A DNA stretch of 63,686 bases, filler included, from Octopus bimaculoides (Eukaryota): NCBI RefSeq assembly GCF_001194135.2. It is 7 parts of 7 records of this genome, joined end to end, with 100 filler letters (N's around TTAATTAATTAA, not from the genome) between each part and the next. Parts side by side here need not be neighbours in the genome. Positions count along the whole stretch, not along the records: positions 29,874 to 51,977 come from NC_069001.1; positions 52,078 to 56,176 come from NW_026326913.1; positions 56,277 to 60,413 come from NC_069009.1; positions 60,514 to 62,189 come from NW_026363011.1; 3 more parts are not named here. One strand, given 5' to 3'. Position numbers and translations under genes: made by a program. Shown one piece after another: positions 50,612-61,424 of this stretch. Each line of letters opens with the position of its first letter. The first letter of the stretch is position 1. Under the pieces are notes generated by a model. The model ran no database searches. It had not been told where the DNA came from and worked only from the letters and a program-made list of their open reading frames with translations.

Positions 50612-51058
50612 GCTTTTATCTTTTACTTGCTTCATTCATTAGATTTTGGCCATACTGGGTCACTACCTTAAAAATCTTTTAGTCAAATGAATTGGTCCCG
50701 GTATGTACTTTACGTTAAGCGTTGTACTTATTCTGTTAGTCCCTTTTACCAAACTGTTAAGTTACAGGGATATAAATACACCAACGCTCATTGTTAAGCA
50801 GTGCTAGAGGACAAACACTGACACAAGGACATACGCACACATACACACACATACACACAACACACACAACACACACATCGATTTTCTTTCAGTTTCCATC
50901 TACCAAATTTAGTCACAATGCTTTGATTTGCCCAAGACTATAGTAGGACACCTGCCCAAGGTGCTATGCAATAGATCTGAACCTGAAACAATGTGTTTGT
51001 GAAGCAAGCTTCTTAACATGCTGCTACACCTCTGCCCCTACACAGCCATGCCTGCACC
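50612..51058 (-). mobile_element. SINE family C, near full length
   Basis: Homology to 47860-48248 in the reverse orientation. Confidence 0.8.
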
Positions 51059-51731
51059 TCTTCATGACTATGAGTTTAACTTTAATCTATTAACATTTCA
51101 TAGTTTACCAGATACACTAAACGTGCACCCACTTCAGTAATATTAAATCTAAGACAGAAGTTTTACAGAAGCGAACCAAATGAGGGAGAGTAATCATTGA
51201 TGACGCCTTAGATTACAGTTAATGACTCTGATAAAACAACTAATTGAATGATCAAACGATTGATGAAAGAAATGGTTAGTTAATTAGTTAAGTAGTTGAG
51301 TGACACTAATACAAATTAGCAAAATATAAAAAGCACTTGTGTTTTTCATTGGTAACATAAACCTCCAAAGGTCTGATAACATCTCAGACTATATTCTTGT
51401 AAAGAATGAGAAGTGGAATCACTACTATGATCACCAACTAAATGTGAGTAATGTAGGGGAGGACAGGCATCTTAATGCGAACCCATCATAGGCGCTGGCT
51501 GCTATAGTTGAAAACAGTATAATAGATGAAGTAATTAAGGATATGAATACAAGGGTGGCATTTACACCATGTTCGGTTATTTGATTGGTTTGTTCTTATT
51601 TACTCTAGTTTACCTGTATGAGTCTGTGGTTTCTACCTATGTCCCTTCTTGTGTTACTTAATTTATTGGGATTTATATTTGGCCTTGTGTTTTCCCCTAT
51701 AATTTTCCTCCTATCTCTAACGGTTGAGTGT

Positions 51732-51778
51732 CCCTCACTGATGAAACCGCAGAAGGTTGATATCACGTGATCCGGTGG
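51732..51778 (+). ncRNA. Minimal type I hammerhead relic (GAAA changed to GATA)
   Basis: CUGAUGA AACC-gcagaa-GGUU GAUA UCACGUGA UC; palindromic helix III; helix I only partly paired. Confidence 0.6.
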
Positions 51779-51977
51779 TCTTGGAACTGGAACTGAGAGA
51801 ATTTATCTCACCTACTAGCAATATAAGCGACATTGCATTTTCCACCAAAAGCCGATAAAAGAGTTTCTCTCGTGGTTTTTACTGCAGTATAGTTTGTTCC
51901 AACAAAACACCCATGTTTAAGTGAGGATAAATACTACCTCTTAGCATTAATACTGGCTCTGTTACTAATATATATAT

Positions 51978-52077
51978 NNNNNNNNNNNNNNNNNNNNNNN
52001 NNNNNNNNNNNNNNNNNNNNNTTAATTAATTAANNNNNNNNNNNNNNNNNNNNNNNNNNNNNNNNNNNNNNNNNNNN
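51978..52077. other. Artificial 100-nt assembly linker
   Basis: 44N-TTAATTAATTAA-44N. Confidence 0.95.
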
Positions 52078-52084
52078 GTATATA

Positions 52085-54070
52085 CATGTGTATGTCCATC
52101 AGTCCAGCCCTCTGTCCATCTGCAACCAAGTCAGCTCCTCTGAAATCAACTACTGGAAATCTCCTCAAGGACTAAAGCAAGCAAATGGATAGATTGGTGG
52201 AGTACTACCAGGATCTCTGCTCACAGGAGACCACGGTCGCTGAGGCTACAATCGGGAGTGTCGAGATCTTGCCAGCCATGTGCGAACTTGACAATCTGCC
52301 ATCTATAGTAGAGCTCACCAAGGCTATTGACTCCCTAGCCAGTGGTAAGGCTCCAGGAAAAGACGGCATCCCCTCAGAGATCATCAAAGCCGACAAAAAC
52401 ACCGCTCTGCTTCGACACCTTCATGAGCTTCTGTGTCAGTGCTGGGAAGAGGGCACAGTCCCTCAGAATATGCGGGATGCTAGCATCATTACGCTTTACA
52501 ATGATTGTAACAATTACCGTGGAGTATCTCTTCTCAGCACTGTTGGAAAGACCTTCGCTCACGTTATTCTGTCCAGGCTACAACTGCTTGCTTCTCGAAT
52601 TTATCCAGAATCGTAGTGTGGCTTTAGAAGAAGCAGATCAATTATTGACATGATATTCTCCATACGCCAACTTCAGGAGAAGTTGAGAGAGCAGAAAATG
52701 CCATTATATATGGCCTTCATTGAACTGTCAAAGGCTTTTGACTTGGTAATTAGAAAAAGCCTCTTCATCCTGCTTCAAAAAATCGGATGTCCACCAAAGC
52801 TGCTGAGTACCATCAAATCTTTCCATGAAGATATGCAAGGCACCATACAGTTCAATGGTTCAACATCAGCCACCTTCCAAATAAAAAAACGGGGTAAAGC
52901 AAGGCTGTGACCTTGCTCCTACATTATTTGGCATCTTCTTCTCACTGCTGCTGTCACATGCCTTCGAGACATCAGATGATGGAGTGTTTCTTCACAGTAG
53001 AAGTGACGGGAAACTATTCAATCTCTTGCGTCTGTGTGCCAAAACCAAAATCAGAAGAGTCCTGATCAAGGAGATGCTCTTTGCTGATGATGCCGCTCTG
53101 GTATCACGCACAGAAGAAGCCCTGCAAAGGCTCATCAACTGCTTTGAGCAAGCATCTAGAGACTTTGGCTTAGTTCTTCTTAGCCTCAAGAAGACCAGCA
53201 TCATGGATCAGGCTACATCAGACATCCCAAACATACATATTGGAGACCACAGACTACAGGAGGTGGAGAAATTTACCTATCTTGGCTCTACCGTCACCTA
53301 CAACCTATCCCTTGATGCCGAACTCAATATACGCATTGGCAAGGCAGCTGCTGTGATGGCTCAACTCTCCAAATGGGCATGAGACAACAATAAGCTGACC
53401 AAGACCACAAAAGTGAAGATTTACCAGGCATGTGTACTTAGCACTCTACTTTATGGCAGTGAGACCTGGACGCCATACACACACCAAGAGCATTGCCTAA
53501 ATATCTTTCACCTGCGCTGCCTCCGGAAAATCCTTGGCATCAAATGACAGAATCGTGTCCCCAGCAAAGATGTCCTCAAGCAAACAGGAATGCCAAGCAT
53601 GTTTGCACTCCTCACACAAAGACGTATGAGATGGCTTGGACATGTTAGTCGTATGGAAGATGGCAGAATGCTCAAGGACATACTCTATGAAGAGCTTGCT
53701 AGGGATACCAGGTCTGTGGGAAGACCGTTCTTACGATACAAGGATGTTTGCAAAAGGGACATGAACGCCTGCTACATCAATATTAGCAACTGGGAAGCGG
53801 CTGCCAGCAACCGTGGAAATTAGCGGCGCACCATAGAAGAGGGAACTCAAAGGAGTGACAGAGGGAGAGAGAAGAAATGGAAAGACAAGAAAAGACGTCA
53901 ACAAGAAACTATGACAGGCAAAGCCTTCGCTACATCTGCGTCCCCTGCCAGGATGGGACTACACAGCCACAGCAGGAGATGCATTAAGACATGAAATGTA
54001 AAAACCGGACTGGATTATTTTATGTGCAACTCCATTGTCTCCCGAGACAAAAAGGATGCCAACAACAACA
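52085..54070 (+). mobile_element. RTE (BovB-like) LINE, 5'-truncated, frameshifted RT with intact 3' end
   Basis: GKAPGKDGIPSE..NNYRGVSLLS..QCGFR..IDMIFSIRQLQEK..KAFD..GCDLAPTLF..MLFADDAAL..FTYLGS..LLYGSETW..RWLGHV.RM; 3' hairpin TTGTCTC-CC-GAGACAA (54035-54050) and (CAA)n tail. Confidence 0.95.
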
Positions 54071-54091
54071 TATATGTGTGCGTGAATATGT

Positions 54092-54139
<48 letters not shown>

Positions 54140-54164
54140 CTATTTATCTATCTATATATACTTA

Positions 54165-55955
54165 TATCAGAGGCGACTTCAGATCATCAGCATCACTCGG
54201 GCTCATCACAGTTGAGAAGCCAGTCTCACAGAGGTATGTTGAAGGAAATGAGAGAAGTTTTCAGAGAAATTTCACTAAGCTCAGGATATTCTGATTTCAC
54301 TTTTATCCAAAAGGAACCAAGTGATGTTGTAGTTCCGAAACTCCTCTCTAATCCTTCGTCACAAGCCAATTCCAACAATTTATTCTCCACAATGACACTT
54401 AAGTGTCAGTGGAATAAACGGATTTCGGATCCACCCATTCCCTTTCTGTGGATCTTCTACTGGAAAGTAAAACTGAAACCAGTCTGCCAGATTTGTCAAG
54501 TGTACTTTCATGACATTTTGTAGACATGTAATATTAAGGTCTTCACCTGTATCAGTAAAAATTATCGCTAATTGATGAAGCATGTCATAACAATGACACT
54601 TGATTCTTCCATGCTTCTAGCTTTCGTTTATGTCTGCCATTGTAAAATACGAAGCCATCATTCCCTGCACCGAGGTGTTGAGATCATTAAAGATGGCAAA
54701 GATATCAGCCAAATAAGCCAGCTTGATAACCAATCCACATCTCCGAACAATTGTGACCAATTTGAATTTTTGTCCTGAAGAAACTTGGCAAGCTCGTTTC
54801 ATAGCTCAAACACTCTTGACAGGACTTTCCCTCCCTCAATAACCAACGTACATCTGTATGCCATAGGAGCTGTTTATGATTAGCTCCCATATTATCACAT
54901 AATGCAGTGAATAGTCTTGAATTTAAAGCATTCGGCTTTACATGATTCACAATTTTTATAACCTCGCTGAGCACACTGCTTAGTTCTGTTGACATATTTT
55001 TTTTTTGCAAGACTTTCTCGGTGAAGGAAGCAGTGCGATGACTTGCATTCTGGGGCAAGCGCCTTTATCTGGGTAGTCACTCCTGAATGCAGTCCTGTCA
55101 TTGTGGCAGCACCATCCAAACATATGCCTACACAAAATGTGAAATCCAACCCAGATTTGTTAACGATGTAGTTGTTCACACTCTTGAACACTTCAGAACT
55201 AGTTGTTTTTGTTGGTAGTGAAGCAGATTAAAAAACTCTTCCTTCAAATCACCTTCATGTTCAGGGTGCACATACACCATCAGAATTGCCTGATTAGCAA
55301 AGTCTGCACATTCATCAAGCTGTAAAGAAAAGTACTTCGCTAATTTAATCTGTCCTATGAGCTGATCTTCCATATCGTGAGCCAGATCGTGAATTCATGG
55401 AGTTATAGTGTCATTTGAAAGTGGCATCTGAGCCACTTTCTTTGCTGCTAGCTTGCCTAGCATTTCCATGCAGACATCTTGAATACAGCATATTGCTAAT
55501 GTCTCACCGACTGTGTATGGTTTTTTAGCCTTAGCAATTTGAAGTGCTACTTTATAAGAAGCCCGCCAAAGCACAAGTATTTATGTGTCACATTTTAAAG
55601 ATCTGTTTCAGACAGCCTTTTAAATCAACATGCTTTCTTTCAAAGAACTCTTTCGGCTTTGAACTAATTTCTTTATGTTTTGTATTTAAATGTTCCTTGA
55701 GATTTGATGGCTTCATTGAGTCGTTACCCAACACATCTCCACAAATAACATACTGCGGTTTTTGTACTGCACCATCATTCGAGATCACAAATGCGCATTG
55801 AGTGCATGAGGAGGTATATTTCTGAGTACAAATTCTTTTTGCCAGCAATACTTCAGTTGCATTTACATCACCTTCATCTGATTCAAAATCGTGTTCAGCA
55901 ACCGGATGTCTTGGCTTGATAAACATGTCCATAGGGCCTTGCTTCGCCATCTGTA
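54165..55955 (-). mobile_element. hAT (Buster/Charlie-type) transposase pseudogene
   Basis: KPQYVICGDVL.NDSMKPSNLKEHL.TKH (BED finger)..YFSLQLDE..CLDGAA.MTG..HCFLHRESL..TDVRWL..LAYLADIF..WIRNPF..TYLCETGFS; several frameshifts; TIRs not seen. Confidence 0.93.
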
Positions 55956-56019
55956 AATTAGGAATAAAAATAATTAAAATTGTTGCAAATATTCGAGTGT
56001 TTCTATTATTTTATTTACT

Positions 56020-56176
56020 CTTTTACTCTTTCACTTGTTTCAGTCATTTGATTGTCGCCATGTTGGAGCACCGCTTTTAGGTCGAGCAAATCAACCCCAG
56101 GACTTACTCTTTGTAAGTCTAGTACCTATTCTATCAGTCTCTTTTGCCAAACCACTAAGTTACGGGGACGTAAACA
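56020..56176 (-). mobile_element. SINE family C, 3' part
   Basis: TTTACTTGTTTCAGTCATTTGA..GCCATG.TGGAGCACCGC; truncated by the linker. Confidence 0.7.
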
Positions 56177-56276
56177 NNNNNNNNNNNNNNNNNNNNNNNN
56201 NNNNNNNNNNNNNNNNNNNNTTAATTAATTAANNNNNNNNNNNNNNNNNNNNNNNNNNNNNNNNNNNNNNNNNNNN
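56177..56276. other. Artificial 100-nt assembly linker
   Basis: 44N-TTAATTAATTAA-44N. Confidence 0.95.
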
Positions 56277-56406
56277 ATCGGCATTTATTTTGTATTTGCT
56301 GCCGATAAGAAAAACCGCACATGCGCAGGAGATTTTGAAAAATTATAGCATATAAGCACGAGTCATGTCTCTATGTAGTGCCTCGTGTTTATATGTTAAT
56401 CTTGAC

Positions 56407-56487
56407 TTTTCTGCTGATGATAGCTGGCCTTGCAAAATATATTATTTTATTTTGCTAATTATAGCTTGAAACCATTGGTTCGGAAAA
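56407..56487 (+). ncRNA. Type I hammerhead ribozyme motif, intact core
   Basis: UUUUCUG CUGAUGA U-agcu..gcaaaaua[loop]uauuuugc..agcu-U GAAA CCAUUGG UU CGGAAAA: 7-bp helix I. Confidence 0.82.
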
Positions 56488-57074
56488 TAGATGGTAAATG
56501 TTTTTATTTTTCATTCCCTTTCGAAATTATCTCTAATTGTGGTGTGGAGTTTTGACTGCTCCTTCTAGCAGGTTAGATGTCCTATTATGGACATCTCTGA
56601 TGTGTTTAAATGTACACTATATTTAAATGAATAATATATAGTCGATTGACTAATTTTTTCTTCTCAATAGACCACTGGTGACAAATAGAATTTCTAAAAA
56701 TTTTTTTGCTACCCTCAGATTTATTAATAATAAAATGTTATATATATATATATATATAGAGAGACATAGATATACAGGCAGAAAGAGAAAGGGAGAGGGA
56801 GAAGATATCAACAATATATGTACCTGTGTGTGTCTGTACCTAGCTAGCTATCTATTTATAGATAAATTTATGGTTGTGGGATGAGTAAGTAGGCTAGAGA
56901 TACACACACACACACATACATACATACATACATACATACATACACACAGTGGACTTTTTTCAGTTTCCGTCTACCAAATCCACACCAAGCCGGGGGCTAT
57001 ACCTTATGGTGTTGTATATGTAAATATAAACATTTATGTGTGTGTGTGTGTGTGTGCACGTATGTATATATGTA

Positions 57075-57134
<60 letters not shown>

Positions 57135-57446
57135 AATATACATTATGTGGGTGATCTGTGTATATGTGTGTGTCGATCTCTGTCTCTATCTGGTTTAATT
57201 TTCTGTTTTTGTGTATGTGTATGTAGTGTGTATATGCATGTTTGTGGATAAGCATTTCATATTGGTGTGTGCATGTGTGTATATATAAAGATATTTTTTC
57301 TGTTTTTTTCTACCTTTTCTACTAGCAAATCTACTTGCCTTTTGAACAAACTTTTTATATACATCAGCAATGACTTTCTCACTGGTAATGCCTTCCATGT
57401 ATATTGCACTTCTTATTCGAGGCTCCCAAATTTCACTTCATATTTG

Positions 57447-57529
57447 GGGTCCTCGATGAAGCTATATGATGTATTTCAGGCACTCCACTATGAGTCCACT
57501 AGGTCTTATAGCAGAAACAGCTGTAAACT
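57447..57529 (+). ncRNA. Decayed type I hammerhead motif
   Basis: CU(C)GAUGA A-GCUAUA[40 nt]UAUAGC-A GAAA CAGCUG UA AACU; the core is disrupted and helix I is weak. Confidence 0.55.
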
Positions 57530-57599
57530 AATGAGGTTTTCCCTGTGTCATCACACTTTTCTGTATTTCTGGCTGGCATAAAATGATACTGGTAATGAC

Positions 57600-57775
57600 A
57601 CCGGCATGGCCATGCAGTTCAGAAGCTTGCTTTGCAACCACATGAGTTTGGGTTCAGTCCCCCTATGTAGTACCTCAGGCAGTCTTTTACTATTGCCCTG
57701 GGAAAATCAATGCCTTGTGAATGAATTTGGTAGACAGAAGCTGTGTGGAAGCCTGTTGTATGCACCGACACACAT
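57600..57775 (+). mobile_element. SINE family C, 5' part
   Basis: AGAAGCTTGCTTTGCAACCACATGAGTTTGGGTTCAGTCCC. Confidence 0.7.
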
Positions 57776-58334
57776 GTACATACAGGTGTGCATTTCACCA
57801 GTCATAGCATTCCCCCACCCACTACTCATGCCTCTTACCAATACCTGGTCACATATATTATGACCTCCATACCTTGGAAGTATGTCCTGCCACCTGCCAC
57901 CATTTACCTCTCTCTTGCTTACACTACCATCCCATCTGTGCCCTGATCCCCATTCCTTGCGAGTATACCCTGGCACCTTGCCGCCATCTCTCTTCTGCTC
58001 TCTCTTGCACTTTTGCTGTTTCCAACTCTCTTGCTTTTCCCTTGCCCTTCCATCTGATTGGGTAGCCATGTATCTCCTCCACAGCAGCACCCCTGTTTCT
58101 GCTCTCGTTACTGATCACTCTCCATCCTTCCTAGGTAACCATCTATCTCCTTTACAGCAGCACACTTGTTCCTGCTCTCTCTCTTATTTACTGTCTCTCT
58201 TTCTTTCTCTCACTCTCCTGCTGTGTAACTATGTATCTCCTCTACAGCAAGACACCTATTTCCGTGTCTCCGTCACACTCTAATCATCAGAGACAAGATC
58301 ACCTCCTCCAATCTCAAAGATTCCTTGTCTTGCA

Positions 58335-58640
58335 AAGTTACTTGGTGACCCTGCCAGTGTTGGTGCCACTTAGAAAGCATCCAGTCCACACTGTAAAGTG
58401 GCTGGTATTTGGAAAGGCATCCAGCTGTAAAAATCATGCCAAAACTGACCTCACCTGTACTGGTGCCATATAAAATGCACTCAGTCCACTCTGTGGCATA
58501 GTTGGAAGGGTATCCAGCTGTAAAAACCCTGCCAAAACAGATACAGAAGTATGGTGCAGGTGTCCATCTAGCCAGCTCCTGTCAAACCATCCAACCCATG
58601 GCAGCATGGAAGGACATTAAATGATAATGACAATGATGAT
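58335..58640 (+). mobile_element. Retroposon 3' end with internal duplication (GCATCCAGCTGTAAAAA) ending in an (ATG)n-like tail
   Basis: AACCCATG.CAGCATGGAA..GGAC.TTAAA.GATGATG end shared with 62290-62334. Confidence 0.6.
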
Positions 58641-58911
58641 TGTATATATGTATCCGTTTACTTCATTTCGTGAGTTTGTCTCACAACAGAAAGGTGGTTT
58701 TGCTCACTCCCTCACTTTTCATCAATCTCATGAGGTTAGTGCTTTATGTGGTTATTGAGTTGTTTTCTGACTCTCATTTCTAGCAATTGGTGCTTTTTGT
58801 ACCCTCATTTATTAATTTGTTGTTAGATTTTAGTTGCTAATATGCTACCTATATCCTAATATATTTAAATATATTATATTTTTAATGTATTTAATATATT
58901 ATCTTATCTGT

Positions 58912-58949
<38 letters not shown>

Positions 58950-59417
58950 ACATATACAAAAAGTACTCTAGGTGTTGGTATGANNNNNNNNNNNNNNNNN
59001 NNNNNNNNNNNNNNNNNNNNNNNNNNNNNNNNNNNNNNNNNNNNNNNNNNNNNNNNNNNNNNNNNNNNNNNNNNNNNNNNNNNNNNNNNNNNNNNNNNNN
59101 NNNNNNNNNNNNNNNNNNNNNNNNNNNNNNNNNNNNNNNNNNNNNNNNNNNNNNNNNNNNNNNNNNNNNNNNNNNNNNNNNNNNNNNNNNNNNNNNNNNN
59201 NNNNNNNNNNNNNNNNNNNNNNNNNNNNNNNNNNNNNNNNNNNNNNNNNNNNNNNNNNNNNNNNNNNNNNNNNNNNNNNNNNNNNNNNNNNNNNNNNNNN
59301 NNNNNNNNNNNNNNNNNNNNNNNNNNNNNNNNNNNNNNNNNNNNNNNNNNNNNNNNNNNNNNNNNNNNNNNNNNNNNNNNNNNNNNNNNNNNNNNNNNNN
59401 NNNNNNNNNNNNNNNNN

Positions 59418-59445
<28 letters not shown>

Positions 59446-59448
<3 letters not shown>

Positions 59449-60413
59449 TGGGTTGGCAAGAAAGTAATTTCGTTTTTCGCAAATAGACACAGTTACAATT
59501 TTGTTGAATGACTTTTGTCAATGTTATGATTTTTTCCTTTTGACATTTGATAGTCATTACTTTTGGTTTACTTTAGAAGCAAATTATGTGTAATTTTGTT
59601 TATAGCTGTTCGTTCAGTGTCAATTTTAACCTGGACTGCCATATTTGCTTTTTTATTTCAACAAGGATGCTACTGAGGCTCACAAAGAGATATGCAAAGT
59701 TCATGGTGCTGATTGCTTAACAGAATGCACATGTCAGAAATGGTTTAAAAAATACCATTCTGGAGATTTTTCATTCAAAGACGACCAACATTCTGGTCAA
59801 CCTACTAAAGTTGATGGTGACCAAATCAAAGCCATAATTGAATCTGTTGTCATATAACTGTGCAAGAGATTGCAGAGAGGTTAAATGTATCACACACAAC
59901 AATTGAAAAATCACTTAAAATGTCTTAGACTGATTAAAAAGCTTGATATTTGGGTTCCACATAAATTGAAAGAGATTCACTTAACAGAACAAATCAATAT
60001 TTGCAATATGCATCTTAAACACAATGAAATGGAGCTTTTTTTTTTAAACAAATCATCAATGGTGATGAAAATGGATTTTCTACAATAACATCAATTGAAA
60101 ACAATCATAGTCCAAGCGTTATGAACCAGCACAAACCACATCAAAAGCTGAATTGCCTCATAAAATGGTCATGCTGTCAATTTGGTGGGATTACAAAGGT
60201 GTTGTGTATTTTGAGCTGCTTCCAAGGAAGCAAACGATCAATTCAGATGTTTACTGTCAACAACTAATGAAACTGGAGGAAAGAACCAAAGAAAAACAGC
60301 CAGAATTGCCAAACCGTAAAGAAATCGTGTTCCACTATGACAACACTAGACCACACACGTTATTGCTAACTCATGAAAAATTGTTGGAGCTTGGTTGGGA
60401 AGTGATGTCACAT
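59446..60413 (+). mobile_element. Mariner transposon (Hsmar1/cecropia-like), frameshifted, truncated by the linker
   Basis: TA followed by left TIR TTGGGTTGGCAAGAAAGTAATTTCG; ..KWFKKY.SGDFS.KD..HSG.P..WVPHKL..NGDENG..MLSIWWDYKGVVYFELL..TINS..YC.QL..HYDNTRPH..LGWEV. Confidence 0.92.
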
Positions 60414-60513
60414 NNNNNNNNNNNNNNNNNNNNNNNNNNNNNNNNNNNNNNNNNNNNTTAATTAATTAANNNNNNNNNNNNNNNNNNNNNNNNNNNNNNN
60501 NNNNNNNNNNNNN
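60414..60513. other. Artificial 100-nt assembly linker
   Basis: 44N-TTAATTAATTAA-44N. Confidence 0.95.
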
Positions 60514-60700
60514 GGTTTACATAAAATGAAATGATAAAAAAGGAAAGAACGAAAGGAAGTAAGTAAGCATGGTATACACTGGAAAATAAGGGACATATGC
60601 ATAGCATACAAGGATTTAAAAAAAGCGGTGGGAAGGATGATAAAGATGTGGCCCTCTTGATAGAGGAAAGCCTCTTGGGATAATCGAGGAAACCCTAAAC
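60514..60700 (-). mobile_element. 3' UTR fragment of the same L1/Tx1-like family as 19758-21575
   Basis: Aligns to 19758-19874 (GGATGATA.AGATGTGG.CCTC..GGGATAATCGAGGAA). Confidence 0.75.
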
Positions 60701-60722
60701 GTAACGTTGGAAATTGGTGAGG

Positions 60723-61121
60723 TTATTCCAGGAACTTCTCTCCATTTGTTTTAAGGCTTTCTCTAATGCCTGTCTGACAGGATTCAAGAATTTCCAGTAG
60801 CGCTTGTGAACGTCCATCCCGATTCTTTTCAATCCAATTACGCCAGATTCGAACATAATCATTCTTATTTTCAGTATGTATAAGATTTTCTGACTCCTCG
60901 CTACCAGTGTTTTTAAAAAGATTTTCCTTCAGCTTGTCACAGCGGACAAACTGAAATAGCCTTTGAGCCAATTTATTCAAGTTGAAATTCTTAGTGCTTG
61001 GGCGGAAACTCAGTCCAAGCTCCAAAACTGAGGCAACATCGGGCGAAGGTTTTAGTTTAGATAAATTTATGATCGACTTATTGACAAGTGTGATGGATTT
61101 TCTTGGGCAAGTCGTTTTCAT
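60723..61121 (-). mobile_element. Penelope-like N-terminal ORF fragment
   Basis: IINLSKLKPS....SVLELGLSFRPS..F.RCDKLKE resembles Penelope VINLS..LS..E..VL.KGL.F.P. Confidence 0.65.
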
Positions 61122-61195
61122 TGTCTTACTCTCATTAGATTCTTGACTACCTTTTGGGCTTTCTCGAAATCTTCACATAAATCATGGAACCTATT

Positions 61196-61224
61196 GGGTT
61201 AGGGTTAAGGTTAGGGTTAGGGTT
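61196..61224 (+). repeat. Short interstitial (TTAGGG)-like array
   Basis: GGGTTAGGGTTAAGGTTAGGGTTAGGGTT. Confidence 0.85.
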
Positions 61225-61424
61225 CGACGGCATACTGCATTCACGGATCTTGAAACCGCGGGATATCTTTAAAATTTCAGTTTTGATTTCAAACTTCCTG
61301 ATGCACAACATGTCAATGTGGAATACGTATCTCCAACTATAACAATCTAATGGCGTACTGATCACAAAAAATATCGATACCAGCTGCGGCATTTCCTAAG
61401 GTGACTCACTTTCACCTTTAATTT

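Noticed and set aside
54165-55955. Domesticated ZBED/Buster-type host gene
   Set aside because: Multiple frameshifts and stops and C-terminal deletions indicate a dead transposon copy.
56407-57529. Single retrozyme bounded by two ribozyme-bearing direct repeats
   Set aside because: The two motifs and their flanks show no sequence homology beyond the core, so they are not repeats of one element.
59446-60413. SETMAR-like fusion gene
   Set aside because: A TIR is present, the ORF is frameshifted and there is no SET domain.
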